Source of the DNA: Camelus ferus
Taxonomy: Eukaryota
Length of the DNA stretch: 64,000 bases
Direction of reading: 5' to 3'
NCBI RefSeq assembly: GCF_009834535.1
Contig: NC_045697.1
Location: forward strand, 808,001-872,000
The notes under the pieces are model-generated. The model worked only from the letters and a program-made list of their open reading frames with translations. It made no database searches and was not told where the DNA came from. Below, one piece after another: positions 24,336 to 37,116 of the stretch. Each line of letters begins with the position of its first letter. The first letter of the stretch is position 1. Made by a program: the position numbers and the translations under genes.

Positions 24336-26369
24336 GGGACACTTAGCAAAGCAAACGGAGCCAAATGCCCCTTTCTCGCTGTTGGAGTGGGTCACAGTCA
24401 CCAGTCCTGCGTTACAGCAGGCTAGGAAGAAGGGGGGGGGGGTGGCCATGTCCCCAAGATCAACACCAGCCACACAGGTGAGGTTACTGCAGCCTGCCAA
24501 AATTGCTTGACCACTTCCCACTGGTGGCATGCAGGTACGACTCCACTTGAGGGGCTCAGTACCTTCTCTAACAGAACACAGTAGGTGCCACACTCAGTGA
24601 TCCCTAGAAAAGCCCAAGGCAGAGACAGCCCTGCGCACAGGACCATGGAAGTCTTTTTGAGAAGACTTTGAAACAAGAAAATAAGACAAAAATCACATGT
24701 CCTAACTAACCAACATCTTACTAATGTTAAAACCCACAACTAGAGGGTTTAGACAACAGGACTATTAATTTAAAAGTGCCCAGAAACCATGTTTGAACCG
24801 TTATCTCTGCAAGCCAACAAAGGAAAAGAAACTCAAATCTTAAAAAGGAGATTTTCGTCATTACGTCTCTCCTAGTGCGTGGAGACTGCACCCAAAAACT
24901 TCCTTCTGAGAAAGGACACAAGGTGGGCTCTGATTGGCTGCACAGAAGACCCAGGGTTGGACCCGGGCTGGCCTGCTCAGAGCTGGGCTCTCCCAGGCCA
25001 GTGACCTCACCTCTCTGGGGAAGAACCACCCACCTCATGAGGCTGCAAGGACTCAGACTAAGGAAGATGCAGGAAAGTGCTGGGTCCCTGGCACACACGT
25101 TAAATTAGGACCACTTATAACAAATGCTGAAATGACTGTGAAAGTCAATTTTCCTTTGAAAAATATTATGGCAGAAAAAGTCAAAAAGGTTTATATAAAA
25201 TTTTAATTTGCTTTTAAAAAAAAGTTTTTGAGTGTTTCAAATGCACCTGTAAAAAAATACCTGTTCTCCTGGTCCTTTCACCTCCCAGCAAACAAACAGC
25301 AGCCTGTTCCCTGTGCACACTGTGCAGATGAGCAGATGTCTCTATGACTAGGGAAGGTCCTGATGTGCCCACTTACAAAGAAGAAAAAGACAACAACGTT
25401 GGCATCCTCTCCAGTACATGTTTCCAGTAGCTACAAGAACAGTGCTCCCCTTTGTGGCTCCAAATTCAAAGTCAAGAAAATGTAAGGGTCCACCAAAGGG
25501 CATGCCTGTTACGGTGGCTCTTGTTCACCCTCCTGAGAGCCTTAAAGTGGCACCACAGAGCACACAAGAGGGACTGAGCTCCAGAACAAAGTCTAAGTTC
25601 CCTGCACAGTGAGCCACGGGAGGAGGCCAGTTTAAAGAAAAGCCACTGCTTCTAAACAATTGCTGTTTCAATTTCAAGTTGGGGGCAATTTCGAGTTGTC
25701 AAAATTGAGACAAACTCTTCCCCTGCTTTCTACCATCAGAGTGCGAGGCTGGGCTTCCCTGTCGGGACCTGCTTTGATGGGGACACACTCAAGAGACAGT
25801 GAGGTCACAGCTGAAGAAACAGAATCTATATGCTCAAGTTAAATTCTTGAAATGTTGTGAAACTGAAGTGCAGTCTTGAAGCCAAGCTAATCCACCCTGA
25901 AAGCTTTCAATGCTGAGAGATCATTATAAACTCAACTAAGCAATGAGTCAAGTTTGACTTTTTAAAAAAAAATGTATTTTGACATTAGGGAAGTTTAGAG
26001 TCCAGCAGAAGTAGCCTAAGATAAAATGCAAACACTTCAGCCAATTTAACATAGACTAACACATTTCAGATCTGCAGCTGTACTCAGAGTGAGGGAAAAT
26101 GAAGTAGAAATAAAGTAAAAACACACACTATCCACCTAACGCACCTTTCTCCACCGACAGGAAGTCTTAAGACTCAAACCTCTCGTCTATGCAGAGAACG
26201 CAGCTTCGGAATCGACTTCCAATCACCTTCCACAGGTTGTTGGGGGGTCCGGCCTCCCCTCGTCGTGTGGGCCCACCTTTGGGGCTTCGTCAGGGCACAG
26301 CTTATCACATCAGACTTCCTGTTTCTCGCTGCAAGATGACAAGACACATGAGCCCCAAGAACCGCTGGA

Positions 26370-27680
26370 GCCGCGCGTCTCGGCACCGGAACGACAACAG
26401 CTCGCAAAGGCGACACCCAAAGTCGGTTCAGCAAGTGGCAGCGCGCCCGAGGCGCGGCCCCTCACAGTCAAAGGGTGCGTGGAGTGCACGGGGGCCCCGG
26501 GTGCGCAGGTTCTCGGGGAGCGCAGGGGGCCCCGGGGTGCGCAGGGTCTCGTGGCATAGGGAACCCGGGACGCAGGGCTCTTGGGACGCAGGGGGCCCAG
26601 GGTTCCGCGCGGCTCCTGGGGCGCAGGAGTCTCGAGACCTGGGACTCTTGGGGCGCGCACGGGGCCCCGGGCTGCGCGGGGTCTCGGGGCGCAGGGGGTC
26701 CTGGGCGCGGGGGGCCCGGGGCCTGAGCCGGCCCGGGGGTCGTGCGCGCGGCAGGAGTCCCAACCCCGGGTCGCGAGCCCCCGGGTCCCCGCGCCCTCAG
26801 TGACCCGCCCGCCGCGCTCTCCGGGTCCAGCGGCGAAAACGCTCGGCACCGGCACCGACGCGGGTGGAAAAGCATCGGGCCGCGCGGGCCGGGCCCGGCG
26901 CGCTGACGGGAGCGGGCACCTGTCCAGCCCAAGTTCACGCGCGGCCCCGCGCCGGGGCGCGCACGCACAACCCCGGACGCGCGCACGCAAGGACGGGCGC
27001 TTCGCGGGCCACGCCGGGCCGGTACCTGAGCACGGCGGAGGGGGGGCTGAGCGAGGGAGGCGCTGGCCCTCAGCCGCGCTCCTCCCTCCAAGGACAACGC
27101 GCCCCAGCCGCGGCGAACAGGACCGCGGCGGCGCCCCGCCCCCGACACAGGCCCCGCCCCGCGCCACGGCCCCTCCCATTAGCTGGCCCGCGCCTGCCGT
27201 CCCTCAGCCGCGCCGCTCCGCCCGCCGGGGACAGGGCCTGTGCCGCGGGGGCGGGACTGCTGCCGGCGGGCGGGCGGGCCGTGTGCCGACGGAGGGGCGG
27301 GCCGGCCGGGAGCGGGCCTCGAGCAGATGGGCGGGACTTGCGCAGACCGCGTTTCTGAGGCGGGTAGGCGAACAGCGCGTGCGCCTGGGGCGGCCCCGCC
27401 CCCGGGGTCGGAGCCCGACTCGCCTGCGGGCCTGCGGGCGCTGGGCGTGACGTCGCTCTCCTGGCTGCGAAGGCGGGCGGAGGCGGCGACTCAAGGCTGG
27501 TGGGGGTGACTGGCGCGGGGGACGCTGGGCTCAGAGCTGGGTGGCTTGGCCAGCGCCAAGGGCTTGGCCCAGCCGGCGGTTCCGGGCCCCACTTCGCGCA
27601 CCATCCGGCCCGGAACCCTAACTCGCCGTCGCCGCCGACCCCGCCCTGCCTGTAATTCGCTGTGTGACCTTGGGCAGGTC
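26370..27680. promoter_or_regulatory. FAM53A: CpG island / FAM53A promoter
   Basis: Very high GC and CpG density; several GC boxes (gccccgcccc 27132-27161, 27393-27402); CRE-like tgacgtc at about 27448. Confidence 0.85.
27026..27125 (-). other. FAM53A: Probable non-coding exon 1 of FAM53A (5' end approximate)
   Basis: Donor CTCAG|gtaccg at 27026/27025, just downstream (on -) of GC boxes in the CpG island. Confidence 0.55.
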
Positions 27681-30600
27681 GCTCGCCCTCTCGGGTCTCC
27701 CTGAGGCTCGGCCCAGTGACGGGCAGGGCGGCGGGTGCCCAGAGTCCGTGGTCCAGGGCTACTGGCAGGAGAGAAGGGTGGGCACTTGTTCGTCTGAGCA
27801 CCGTGGTCCGGCTGTGGCCGGACCTCTTGGGGGCGGTCTCCGGGAGGTGAGGCTGGCGGTCAGCGGACTGGCCTTTGGAAGGGGCCCTGCCTCCCCTGCC
27901 AGCATTCCATCCTCGGGGGATGAAATGAGCGCCTGACCCAGGATGCTAGCTTCTGGCCGTACCCCGCTCCACTGGCCCCCGCAGCGGACACCGCCCTGCT
28001 ACCCCCACCTCACGGGGCAGCCCCGAGGCCGGACGTCTCGTCCGCGGCTGTCTTCATGGGTTTGTTTCAGACGAGATAGCTCATTTAAAGGGTGCAGGCA
28101 GGGGAACGTGAGCAGGGTCACTGGGGCTGGGAGAGGCCTTAGGGACCATGTGGTCCAGAGCGCTCTCATTTGAGTCCCCAGACCCTGAGGTTTGTGGGGG
28201 AGGTGGGAAGGGGTCAGATTGGGAAGAGCAGCCTGGCACCTGTGTGCTCACTCTCCGCATGGGGGCAAGGGCTGGACTTGAAGTGGGGGCTTCAAGCTGG
28301 CCAGGCCCTGAGGTCAGACAAATGCTTAATGCATCAGGTGGTACCGCTTGAGAGGAGGAGAGGGACCAGATGGGGTGAGGGCTCTTTTAGGTCGAAAAGG
28401 GAGTGACACTGGGAAGAAACCCCAAGGAGGTGAGAGCATAGCCTCCTGGGCATCCTTGGGTTTGGGTGTTAGGGGAGACACCAGGGATGCAGCCCCCAAA
28501 TGCCAGGCCAGGGCCTCCATGCAGGTTCTGGGCCTGGTGAGGCTGGTCCTATAAAGACTTCAGAGCCAAGCCAAGCCAGCTGTCACTGTGACTGGTGGGA
28601 AGAAGTCTCCCTGCAGCCTCCTGGAAGAGCTGGAGGCCAGCGTGGCTGGTGCAGGGAGCGGGGCCAGCAACACATGGGCTGGGGTGGGGTAGGGGATGGA
28701 GGTTTGCTCTGCAGACCAGCGAAGCCACAGGGGTCCACACGGCCATCCTTTCATCCCTTCCATGAGTCAAGCGGTGCTGGCCAGGTTCCTTGTGAGCCAG
28801 GCCAGAACAGGCACCTGGGGGCACCCATGCTGGGGAAGGGAGCTGGGTCTTCTACCCCATCTGGACCCATGACAACCACCTCAGGGCACCAAGGTCACCT
28901 TTGTGTTTGTCAGAAGTCTTGTGACCGAGTAAGTTCTATCCACCTGCTCCTCAGCACTTACGTGGATAACCACTGAAGGTTTCCAGTGGATCAGGGGATA
29001 CAGTCTGTGCCCCATTAAACTAACAGCTCTCCTTGGGTTTGACGATCTCATGTAAAACTGAAAAGCAACTCAAAACCCTCCTGCAGCCGAGGAGGGAGTT
29101 GTGGTGAAGAAGCTGCAGACCAGAGGTCACTGTTGGCTCTCACATGGAGGGTCAGACCAGGGCCGCATGCACACCAAGCACGCTGGACCAGCGCTCCAGC
29201 CCACTGTCCGTGTCATGTCAAGAGGGCTAGGCCTCGGTTGGGCGCACGGACCCGCAGTGCCACTTGCCAGACGCTGCCATGGATTACCCCGAGGGAAGGA
29301 GTCAGAACCTACCCTTTCTACAGAAGAGAAGTCTGAGGTGCAGAGCACGGGGCCTTGTTCTTGTCCCACCCCAGAGCTGCTCTCATCGGAGCACTTCATT
29401 GAGCTCCATCCTCCCTGTACCAGGATCCCCAGGGCCCCCTGCCCCAGAGCCTTGTTAGGAGAGAGACAGATGCCCCCATAACCTGAACCAGAGTGACCAG
29501 GAGCCAGCAGAAGAGGCAGGTGGCAGGCACGGTGGCTCTGTGACCGCTACTGGGGCTGGAGGCACCTTCTGGGTGGAGGAGCTGGAGCTGTCTCTGTTGG
29601 CCTTGAAACAGCAGTGCTTTCCTGGGAGAGATGGGGCAGCACACGGGTGGGTGTTCACTGTGCTGTGTCCTGGGCGGGGCCTGAGGCCAGGGACCTGCCG
29701 CCAGCAGGAGACAGACCAATGCACCAGTATGGCAGTACCTGGGGCACAGCAGGGACACAAGGTGGAGTGAACGAATGAATAAAAGAGCGTGAGATGGGAA
29801 GGTGCCTGGAGAAGGGATGTGCCTTTGGGGTGTAAAGCCCAGTGGAGCTGAGAGGAGGGGCAGGAGGGGGCCCCAGAAGGAGAGTCACCTGGAGGCTCCT
29901 CTCCCCCCACCAACCCTGAGGGGACGTCTGCACCCTCTACCCAGAGCCCCAGAAGGGCTCCCACCCTGCCCCTCTGGGCGGCACCTAGTGACCAGTCACT
30001 ACCCAGGCCAGTGCCATGCCAGGTCCACTAGAGGTACCCTGGCTGCCAGGGTAGGGGCTGCAGTGCCTCCTTGTTTGGCAGCTGAGCCCAGACCCGGCCC
30101 TGGACTTCCAGCTCTGAGGATGGTTCTGGCCTCCCCTCAGGAACCCCTCTTGTGGTGGTGAAGAGGGAGGAAGCCTGGGGCATGGAGGGTGGAGACCCCA
30201 CCCACAGTCAGGCCAAGCCTTGTGGCCGGTGCCCTTCAGCTGGGCCTGCCAGGGTTTTGTCCCTGCCCAACCCCTCTAGGGTCCCCAGGCTTCTAGAAGG
30301 AAGGTGCAGCCCTGCATCCACTGAAAGACAGGCACCTGGGACCAGAACAGAGCAGGAGAGGGTGCGGCCCTTGCTCGGGGGGAAGGATGGGGGAGGAAGG
30401 GAGAGGGAAGGGGCCCCCACCCCACCCCCAGCAGGTCTCCAGGGTGAGCACCTGGGGTATGTGCTGCGTGGGCTCCCTAGGCCAGCGGGCACTGTGGTCT
30501 GGGGCCACCCCCAGTGTCTGTGGCTGGGCCCCCAAAGCCCAAGAGCTGCTAGAGAGACCCCCACCTCACCCATCTCATGGGTGAACCACTCATCCACATG

Positions 30601-31784
30601 GCAACAGCAGATCCATTCTACAGGTGGGGACACTGAGGCTCAGCCCAGGGTCACTGTGCCAGGTGGAGGGGAGCCAGTCACCTGCCCAACCCCTCACGTT
30701 CACCCCTCACTCTACAACACTGACCACTCCACACCAGGTGCCGGGAACTCCAGGGCCAGCATGCCCTCTCCCTCCTGGGCCCAGGCTCTGCCCAATACTG
30801 ATGGGTGAGGTACAGCCTGGCCTCTGTGCAGGGAGGACCAGCTCAGGGACCCCTGCCACACCCCAGCAGGAAGCCTGCAGCCTGGGGCGCAGACAGGGTG
30901 GGCCGAGCACCTGAGAAGTGGGCATGTGGTCATCCAGGGCTCTGGGGCCAGAGGGACACGGGCCAAGGCCGGAGAGGAGCCATCGGGAGAGAAGGGGGCA
31001 GCGGCAGGGGACACCTTTGTCTACACCTGAACACGCACCCAGTTCCATGAGCTTTGAGGACCGTGTCCAGTTCTGTAATGACCACCACAGTCAAGCTACA
31101 GAACACATCCATTCCCCGAGCCCCTGCCACTATTTCACCCCCCCCCACCCCAGCAACCACAACCACTGCCGTTGCCAAGCACTGTTAAGCAGGTGACATT
31201 CACTCTCTCCCTTCATCCTCAGAGCCAGCCCAGCAGGTAGGCGCCATCAGCCCATCTTAGCAATGGGACCACAGGAGAGGCAGAGCCAGCACTGGATGCA
31301 GGGCTGCCTGCCACACGCTGCACAGTTCAAGTGCTCATGACGGGCCAGGCACTGAGCTCTGGGGATGCGGACCAGTTGCCCCTTTGCTGGAAGGTCAACC
31401 ACAGAGCCCTCAGCACCAGGATCTGCTGCCACCCCCGTACCGAGGGGTGTTTTCCAGAATACTTTACATCTTCAAAGTGTGAGTTTTATAAAGTGGCTGA
31501 GATCCCATTAAAACCTGCACGTTGACAAAGCAAACAAAACAAAGCAAGAAAACAAAAAACAAAAAACCGTCATGATTCTTACACATAAAATACAGACTAA
31601 TGATCAAAAAGTCACACTTGCTCCCTCCCTGCAGCCAGGTCCCACACTGACAGCTAAGTCACTGCAAGGGACTTGCAGTCTGCCAGGCACCGTCACATGA
31701 CTCCAGCTGGTGGACCTTTTAAATTTGCATATATGGGGAAAAAACAACCCGGTAACCCCCAGTTAATCAGAAGAGCCACTCACA

Positions 31785-32345
31785 GACGACAAGGACCTAC
31801 TGTAGAGCACAGGGAGCTATATTCAATTTCTTGTAATGAGCTGTAATGGAAAATAATCTGAAAAATATATATACATATACGTATGTGAATAACTGAATTG
31901 CTTTGCTGTACACCTGAAACTAACATTGTAAATTAACCACAATTCAATAAAAAAATAGAAAATACAAAAAATGTGAAGTCAGTCAGAAAAAGACAAATAT
32001 CGTATGATATCACTTATATGTGGAATCTTAAAAAATGACATGAACTTATTTACAAAACAGAGACTCACAGAGATAGAAAAACTTACGGTCACCAGGGGGT
32101 TAGAGAGGAGAGAGGGATAAATTGGGAGTTTGGGATTGGGTGATACAAACTACTATGTACAGAATAGATAAACAACAATGTTCTACTGTACAGCACAGGG
32201 AACTACATTCAGTAACTTGTAGTGACCTGTCATGAGAAAGAACATGAAAAAGAATATACATATACATAACTGAATCACTATGTTGTACACCGGAAGCTAA
32301 TACAACATTGTGAATCAACTATACCTCAATTAAACAAAAAAAAGG
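31785..32345 (+). mobile_element. Two tandem LINE-1 3'-end fragments (artiodactyl type)
   Basis: acaaggacctactgtagagcacaggg...tgctgtacacctgaaac..., then gaaaaagacaaatatcgtatgatatcacttatatgtggaatc...aacattgtgaatcaactatacctcaatt and an A tail. Confidence 0.85.
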
Positions 32346-32916
32346 AGAGAGAGAAGAGTGCTCCCCTGGGTCGAAGTGCACCCTTTTGGTTCAAGTGGAA
32401 GCTGCTGACTCACCTGGGATGCTCCATCGGCGTCTTCCTGCAGAAGGACAGAGGAATCAGCAACTTGATGGGAGAATCGCTGAAAAAGAGTCCTGGGGGT
32501 TGGGGGGGAGGGGAGGGGCAGGATCCTGACGGACTAGCCGGAAACAAGACCGGCTCCACACACACAAAAAGAAGTAAGTTGGGGACATAGGATGACAGCC
32601 TGATAAGCTGAGCACATCTCTAGACGGGAAGATAGGAAAATGAATGTCCAACGGAAACAAGATAGCAATCAGCCTGGAACTATGAAGAATTAATCATGCT
32701 GGACAAATTCAATTTAGTTCTGACACGTCTTGGTTCCACATACAAGAGTCAAGAATAAAGACCACTCCGGCCCAGCCAAGGGTTTGGTAGCTCTCACACA
32801 CACATATTAGCTTATAGCACTTTTAGTCGAAAGATCGAGTTCCCCGATGCGTGAGCGCGTTCCATCCAAATAATGTGATGCAAAAGCCAGTAGCCAGGGT
32901 GATTCTTGCAGAATCT

Positions 32917-33021
32917 GAGGTAGAGCACATGCTCAGCATGCATGAAGCCGAGGTCCTGGGTTCAACCCCTAGTACCTCCATTAAAATAAATAAACCTAAT
33001 TACCTCCCCCTGAAAAAAAAA
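32917..33021 (+). mobile_element. 5'-truncated tRNA-derived SINE (camelid Vic-1-like)
   Basis: ggtagagcacatgctcagcatgcatga...ggtcctgggttcaacccctagtacctccattaaaataaataaacctaattacctccccc plus A9; homologous to the copy at 2036-2134. Confidence 0.8.
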
Positions 33022-33794
33022 TCCAGAACCTGAGTCAGGTGCCCCCTGTGCACGACCCCCCAGCTGCCCGCCCCGCCCCCAGACCTCATCCATCGCCACC
33101 CCTGCTCCCGCCAGCCCAGCCTCCCTACCTGTCCCTCAGGGCCACCACAGGCCACTCTCTGGCCACAAATTACTTACCATCTTCCCAAAGCCCCCAAGTC
33201 TCATCCCACAAGAGCACCAGCCCAAAGCCCAGAATCTCATCACCGAGACCAGCTCTGTGGATGGAGTTGCCTGAGCACACCTCCTGGTGTGAACTTCCTC
33301 TCAGTCTGAAGACTTCTGAACCAGAGAGACAGCTTCCCTGCACCCTGTCCTCAGGCCCCACCAAACACACCCCCCCAGCATTCATGGGCCAAACCCGGGG
33401 TACCTGCTGCCGACACTGCTGTTCAGAGGGGTGGGCGGGGAGGGGGTGCACAGGACCACCGGCCACGGCTGTTCCTTGCTCCACCAGTGACTCTCTACAC
33501 CCCCTGACCCTGCCTCTGGGCCCCATGGCTCCACCTCTGAACTTCCCTTCCTTTTGCATGGAAGGTAGCATGTGTTCACAATGGGGTAGTCTTGTCAGCC
33601 TGCTTCCTGCCAGCAGACTCTTAAGGGCCCAGAGGCCTCTTTTAGTTTCATGGTCCTTTTCAGTCCAAACCAGCAGTGTTTTGCCACTGTACTTCTTTCA
33701 AAAGCTTTTCGGGTCTCCTATGAATCTTATTGGGGTTCAATTAGACAAAAGCCACACACAGAGGTCTCCTCAAAATAAGCCCTTCTCACGACCC

Positions 33795-35515
33795 AGAGGA
33801 AAGATGTACCATGTTCCTGCATTGGAAGAACCAATGTCGCCAAAATGGCCATATTACCCAAGGCAATCTGCAGATTCAATGCAATTCCTGTCAAATTACC
33901 AATGACATTTTTCACAGAACTGCAACAAAACATGTTAAAATTTGCATGGAAACACAGAAGACCACGAATAGCCAACATAATCTTGAGAAAGGAGAACAGA
34001 GATGGGGGAATCACGCTCCCTGACTTCAGACTATACTACAAAGCTACAGATCAAAATAGTCTGGTCCTGGCACAAAACAGACACATGTATCAATGGAACA
34101 GGATAGAAAGTCCAAAAATAAACCCACACACTCTTGGTCAATTAATCTGTGACAAAGGAGGCAAGAACACACAATGGAGAAAAGACAGTCTCTTCAATAA
34201 GTGGTGCTGGGAAAACTGGACAGGCTACCTGTGAAAGAATGAAATTAGAACCTCCCCTAACGCCATATACACACGTCAACTCAAAAGGGACTAAAGACCT
34301 AAAACAAGACCAGACACTAGGAAACTCCTAAATGGGAACAGAGGCAGAACACGCTGACATAAATCGCAGCAGTACTTTTTTGGGTCTATCTCCTAGAGTA
34401 ATGGAAATAAAAGCAAAAATAGACAAATGGGACCTAATTAAACTTTAAAGCTTTTGCGCAGCTAAGGCTACCTTCAACGAAATGAAAAGATAACCTACAA
34501 AATGGGAGAAAATACTTGCAAACTATCCGACTGACAAGAGACTAATTTCCAAAATAAACAAACAGAGCTCATACAAGCAACCCAATCGAAAAATGGGCAG
34601 GAGACCTAAATAGACATCTCTGTAAAGAAGGCATACAGGTGGCCAGCAGGCACATGAAAAGATGCTCAATTTCACTAATTATCAGAGAAATGCAAATCAA
34701 AACCACAATGAGGTGTCACCTCACACCAGCCAGAATGGCCATCATTCAAAAGCCCACAAATGACAAATGTTGGAGAGGCTGTGGAGAAAAGGGAACCCTC
34801 CTACAGTGCTGGTGGGAATGCAGTTTGGTGCAGCTACTATGGAGGACAGTATCAAGGTTCCTTAAAAGCTAAAAATAGACTTGCCATGTGATCCAGCTAC
34901 CCCCCTCCTGGGCATGTATCCAGAGAAAATTATAATTCAAAACAACACATGCACCCCAGTGTTCACAGCAGCACTACTTACAACAGCAGAGACATGGAAG
35001 CAGCCTAAATGTCCACTGACAGATGACTGGATAAAGAAACTGTGGTACATTTATACAGTGGACTACTACTCAACCATAAAAAAAATAAATAATGCCCTTT
35101 GCATCAACATGGATAGACCTAGAGATTATCATATTGAGTCAAGTAAATCAGAGAAAGACAAGTATGTATCACTTATTTGTGGAATCTAAGAAAAAAATGA
35201 TACGAATTCTATTTGCAAACCAAAAACAGACTCACGGGCATAGAAAACAAACTATGGGTACCAGAGGGGAAAGGGCAAGAAGGGATAAATTAGGGGTTGG
35301 GGATTAACAGACCCACATTACTATACATGAAAAAGACAGACAAGGTCCTACTGTACAGCACGGGGAACTAGATTCAATTTCTTATAATGACGTGTAAAGG
35401 AAGAGAATCTGAAAAGAAAGTACGTATGTGTATGTACAACTGATCACTTTGCTGTACACCTGGAACTAACACTGCAAATCAACTACACGTCAATAAAAGA
35501 TAAGAATTAAAAATA
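33795..35515 (+). mobile_element. 5'-truncated LINE-1 (ORF2 3' third plus 3'UTR)
   Basis: ORFs [26 protein letters not shown]..., [29 protein letters not shown]..., WKQPKCPLTDDWIKKLWYIY are L1 ORF2p; ends in AATAAA and an A-rich tail. Confidence 0.95.
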
Positions 35516-37110
35516 CTAATAAGCTCTCCTCCGTCTCGGGCTCCTGAGGGACAAGCTCTCAAGCTTCTTACAAGCCCTGTTACTTGCTGGAAAGACCCCC
35601 CAGTTCTCAAGGTCCCAACAAGCTTTTCACAGCCCCAGCCCCAGCGGCACAACACGCGGGTCTTCCTGACCGCCCTCTACATCTGACCTTTGCTCTGACG
35701 TCCCTCAGGGTTCGCCCCGCCCGCCACCCGGGAAGGCTGGGCACGCGGACCAGGAAGGGCACACCTTCACACCAAGAGCCCTTCCCGGAGCTTCTCGTTC
35801 GTTCTGTCCAAGCAGCAGGAAGCCACAGGCTCCTTCAGGGCTTGGCATGGCCATTTCGCTGGAGCATCCAGCTTGTTAGGCACACAGTTGTCCTCCACCA
35901 CTACCCTGCCCCCTGCTCACAACAGGGCTGCTCAGTGTTGTCACCTGGGGCCAGGACCCACTCTGCCCTGGCTTCCAGTGTTCCTGCGCCTCTCCACCGG
36001 CCTCACTAGCCATCTCCCCAAGGCCCCCGAGGTGCCCCTGCACCTTCCTCACAGCTCCTCTCACAAGCTGGCTCCTGTAGGTCCTTCCAGCGCCCGCCCA
36101 CTGCCAGCCACCAGGTCCCTCCCACCTTTGAGGGCTCTTTCCACGGTCCCTACACCACACTCCCACTGCAGGGCCTTTGCATTTGCTGCCCCTGGAGTGA
36201 ACGCTCTGCCAGGCAGCACTTCTTTGCTCACACGCCGCCTTATCAGGCATCTCCCAACCACCCCGCAAGAACAGGCAACATCCCACCACTCAGTGACCCC
36301 GCTCCCCCACCCTTCTCTCTGCCCTTACCCCTCAACCTTGACATCCCACTGCCAACCTGAGTCCCCATCAGAGCTTGAGTGCTCTAAGGGGCATCATCTC
36401 CAGCACACCCCAGTGTCTATCAGATGGCCTAACCTGTGGTACGAGCCCAAGGAACATGAACAGGAAGGGCTTCTGCCCTTCAGAGCACCTTAAACCAAGC
36501 TGCCCAAGCCCAGCCCTTGCCTGAAGCCAGCTCAGCTCCCGGGGGGCACCCACAGGGAACACGGCCATGGCCACAGGCTGGGGGCAACGTCTGCACACGG
36601 CTGCCAGGGGCCACGTATACAACCAAGAAGACTCGGAGGGCAGGGCAACCCCTCAGGACCGGGTCCCACGCTCACTCCGCTCCAGGGTGGACTGCATGGC
36701 CCCGGTTGTCTCTGGACACAGGGAAAGGCCGTCACCCAGCTACCGAACAGGCATCAAGCCTAGGCCCCTGGCTTTGTAGGCAAGGCTGACGGGCACACAC
36801 ACCCTCCAGCCAGGAAACCTGGGTCTAAGAAGAGCACACACCCAGTGTGGCGAGCCCTGCGCTGACCAGGTCTGGGCCTGGCTGCAGCCCGACTGAGAGC
36901 TCAGGCTGGAGCCCCGAGCCTGTCAAAAGGAGGTCGTGCACAGCGGGGGTGGGGGGCTAAAGCCTGGGCCATGATTCTCCCCCACTGTGAGCCACCCTCC
37001 CCGGGCACTGACAGGACAGACACCCCCTCGGCCCCTCCAACCGCAGGATCTACCACAGCAGCTGGCCTACCTGGCAACATAGTAAGTCAGTTAAAGAAGG
37101 TTCTTTCCTT

Positions 37111-37116
37111 TTTATT
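37111..37116 (-). terminator. SLBP: SLBP polyadenylation signal AATAAA
   Basis: tttatt on + at the end of the AT-rich 3'UTR of about 790 nt, where composition switches back to GC-rich. Confidence 0.8.

Noticed and set aside
26189..27801. Several 200-290 aa ORFs on both strands in the FAM53A CpG island
   Set aside because: Stop-codon depletion at very high GC and repeat-derived low complexity.
31723..31730. Octamer ATTTGCAT followed by ATAT
   Set aside because: A single 8-mer is expected by chance in 64 kb; no snRNA, PSE or Ig leader recognisable nearby.
33652..33667. GGTCCTTTTCAGTCCA resembling a histone stem-loop near SLBP
   Set aside because: The 3' arm does not pair (a canonical element needs AGRRCC), and there is no histone ORF upstream.
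33039..33905. 288-aa ORF upstream of the L1
   Set aside because: GTG start, low complexity, and it runs out of frame into L1 sequence.
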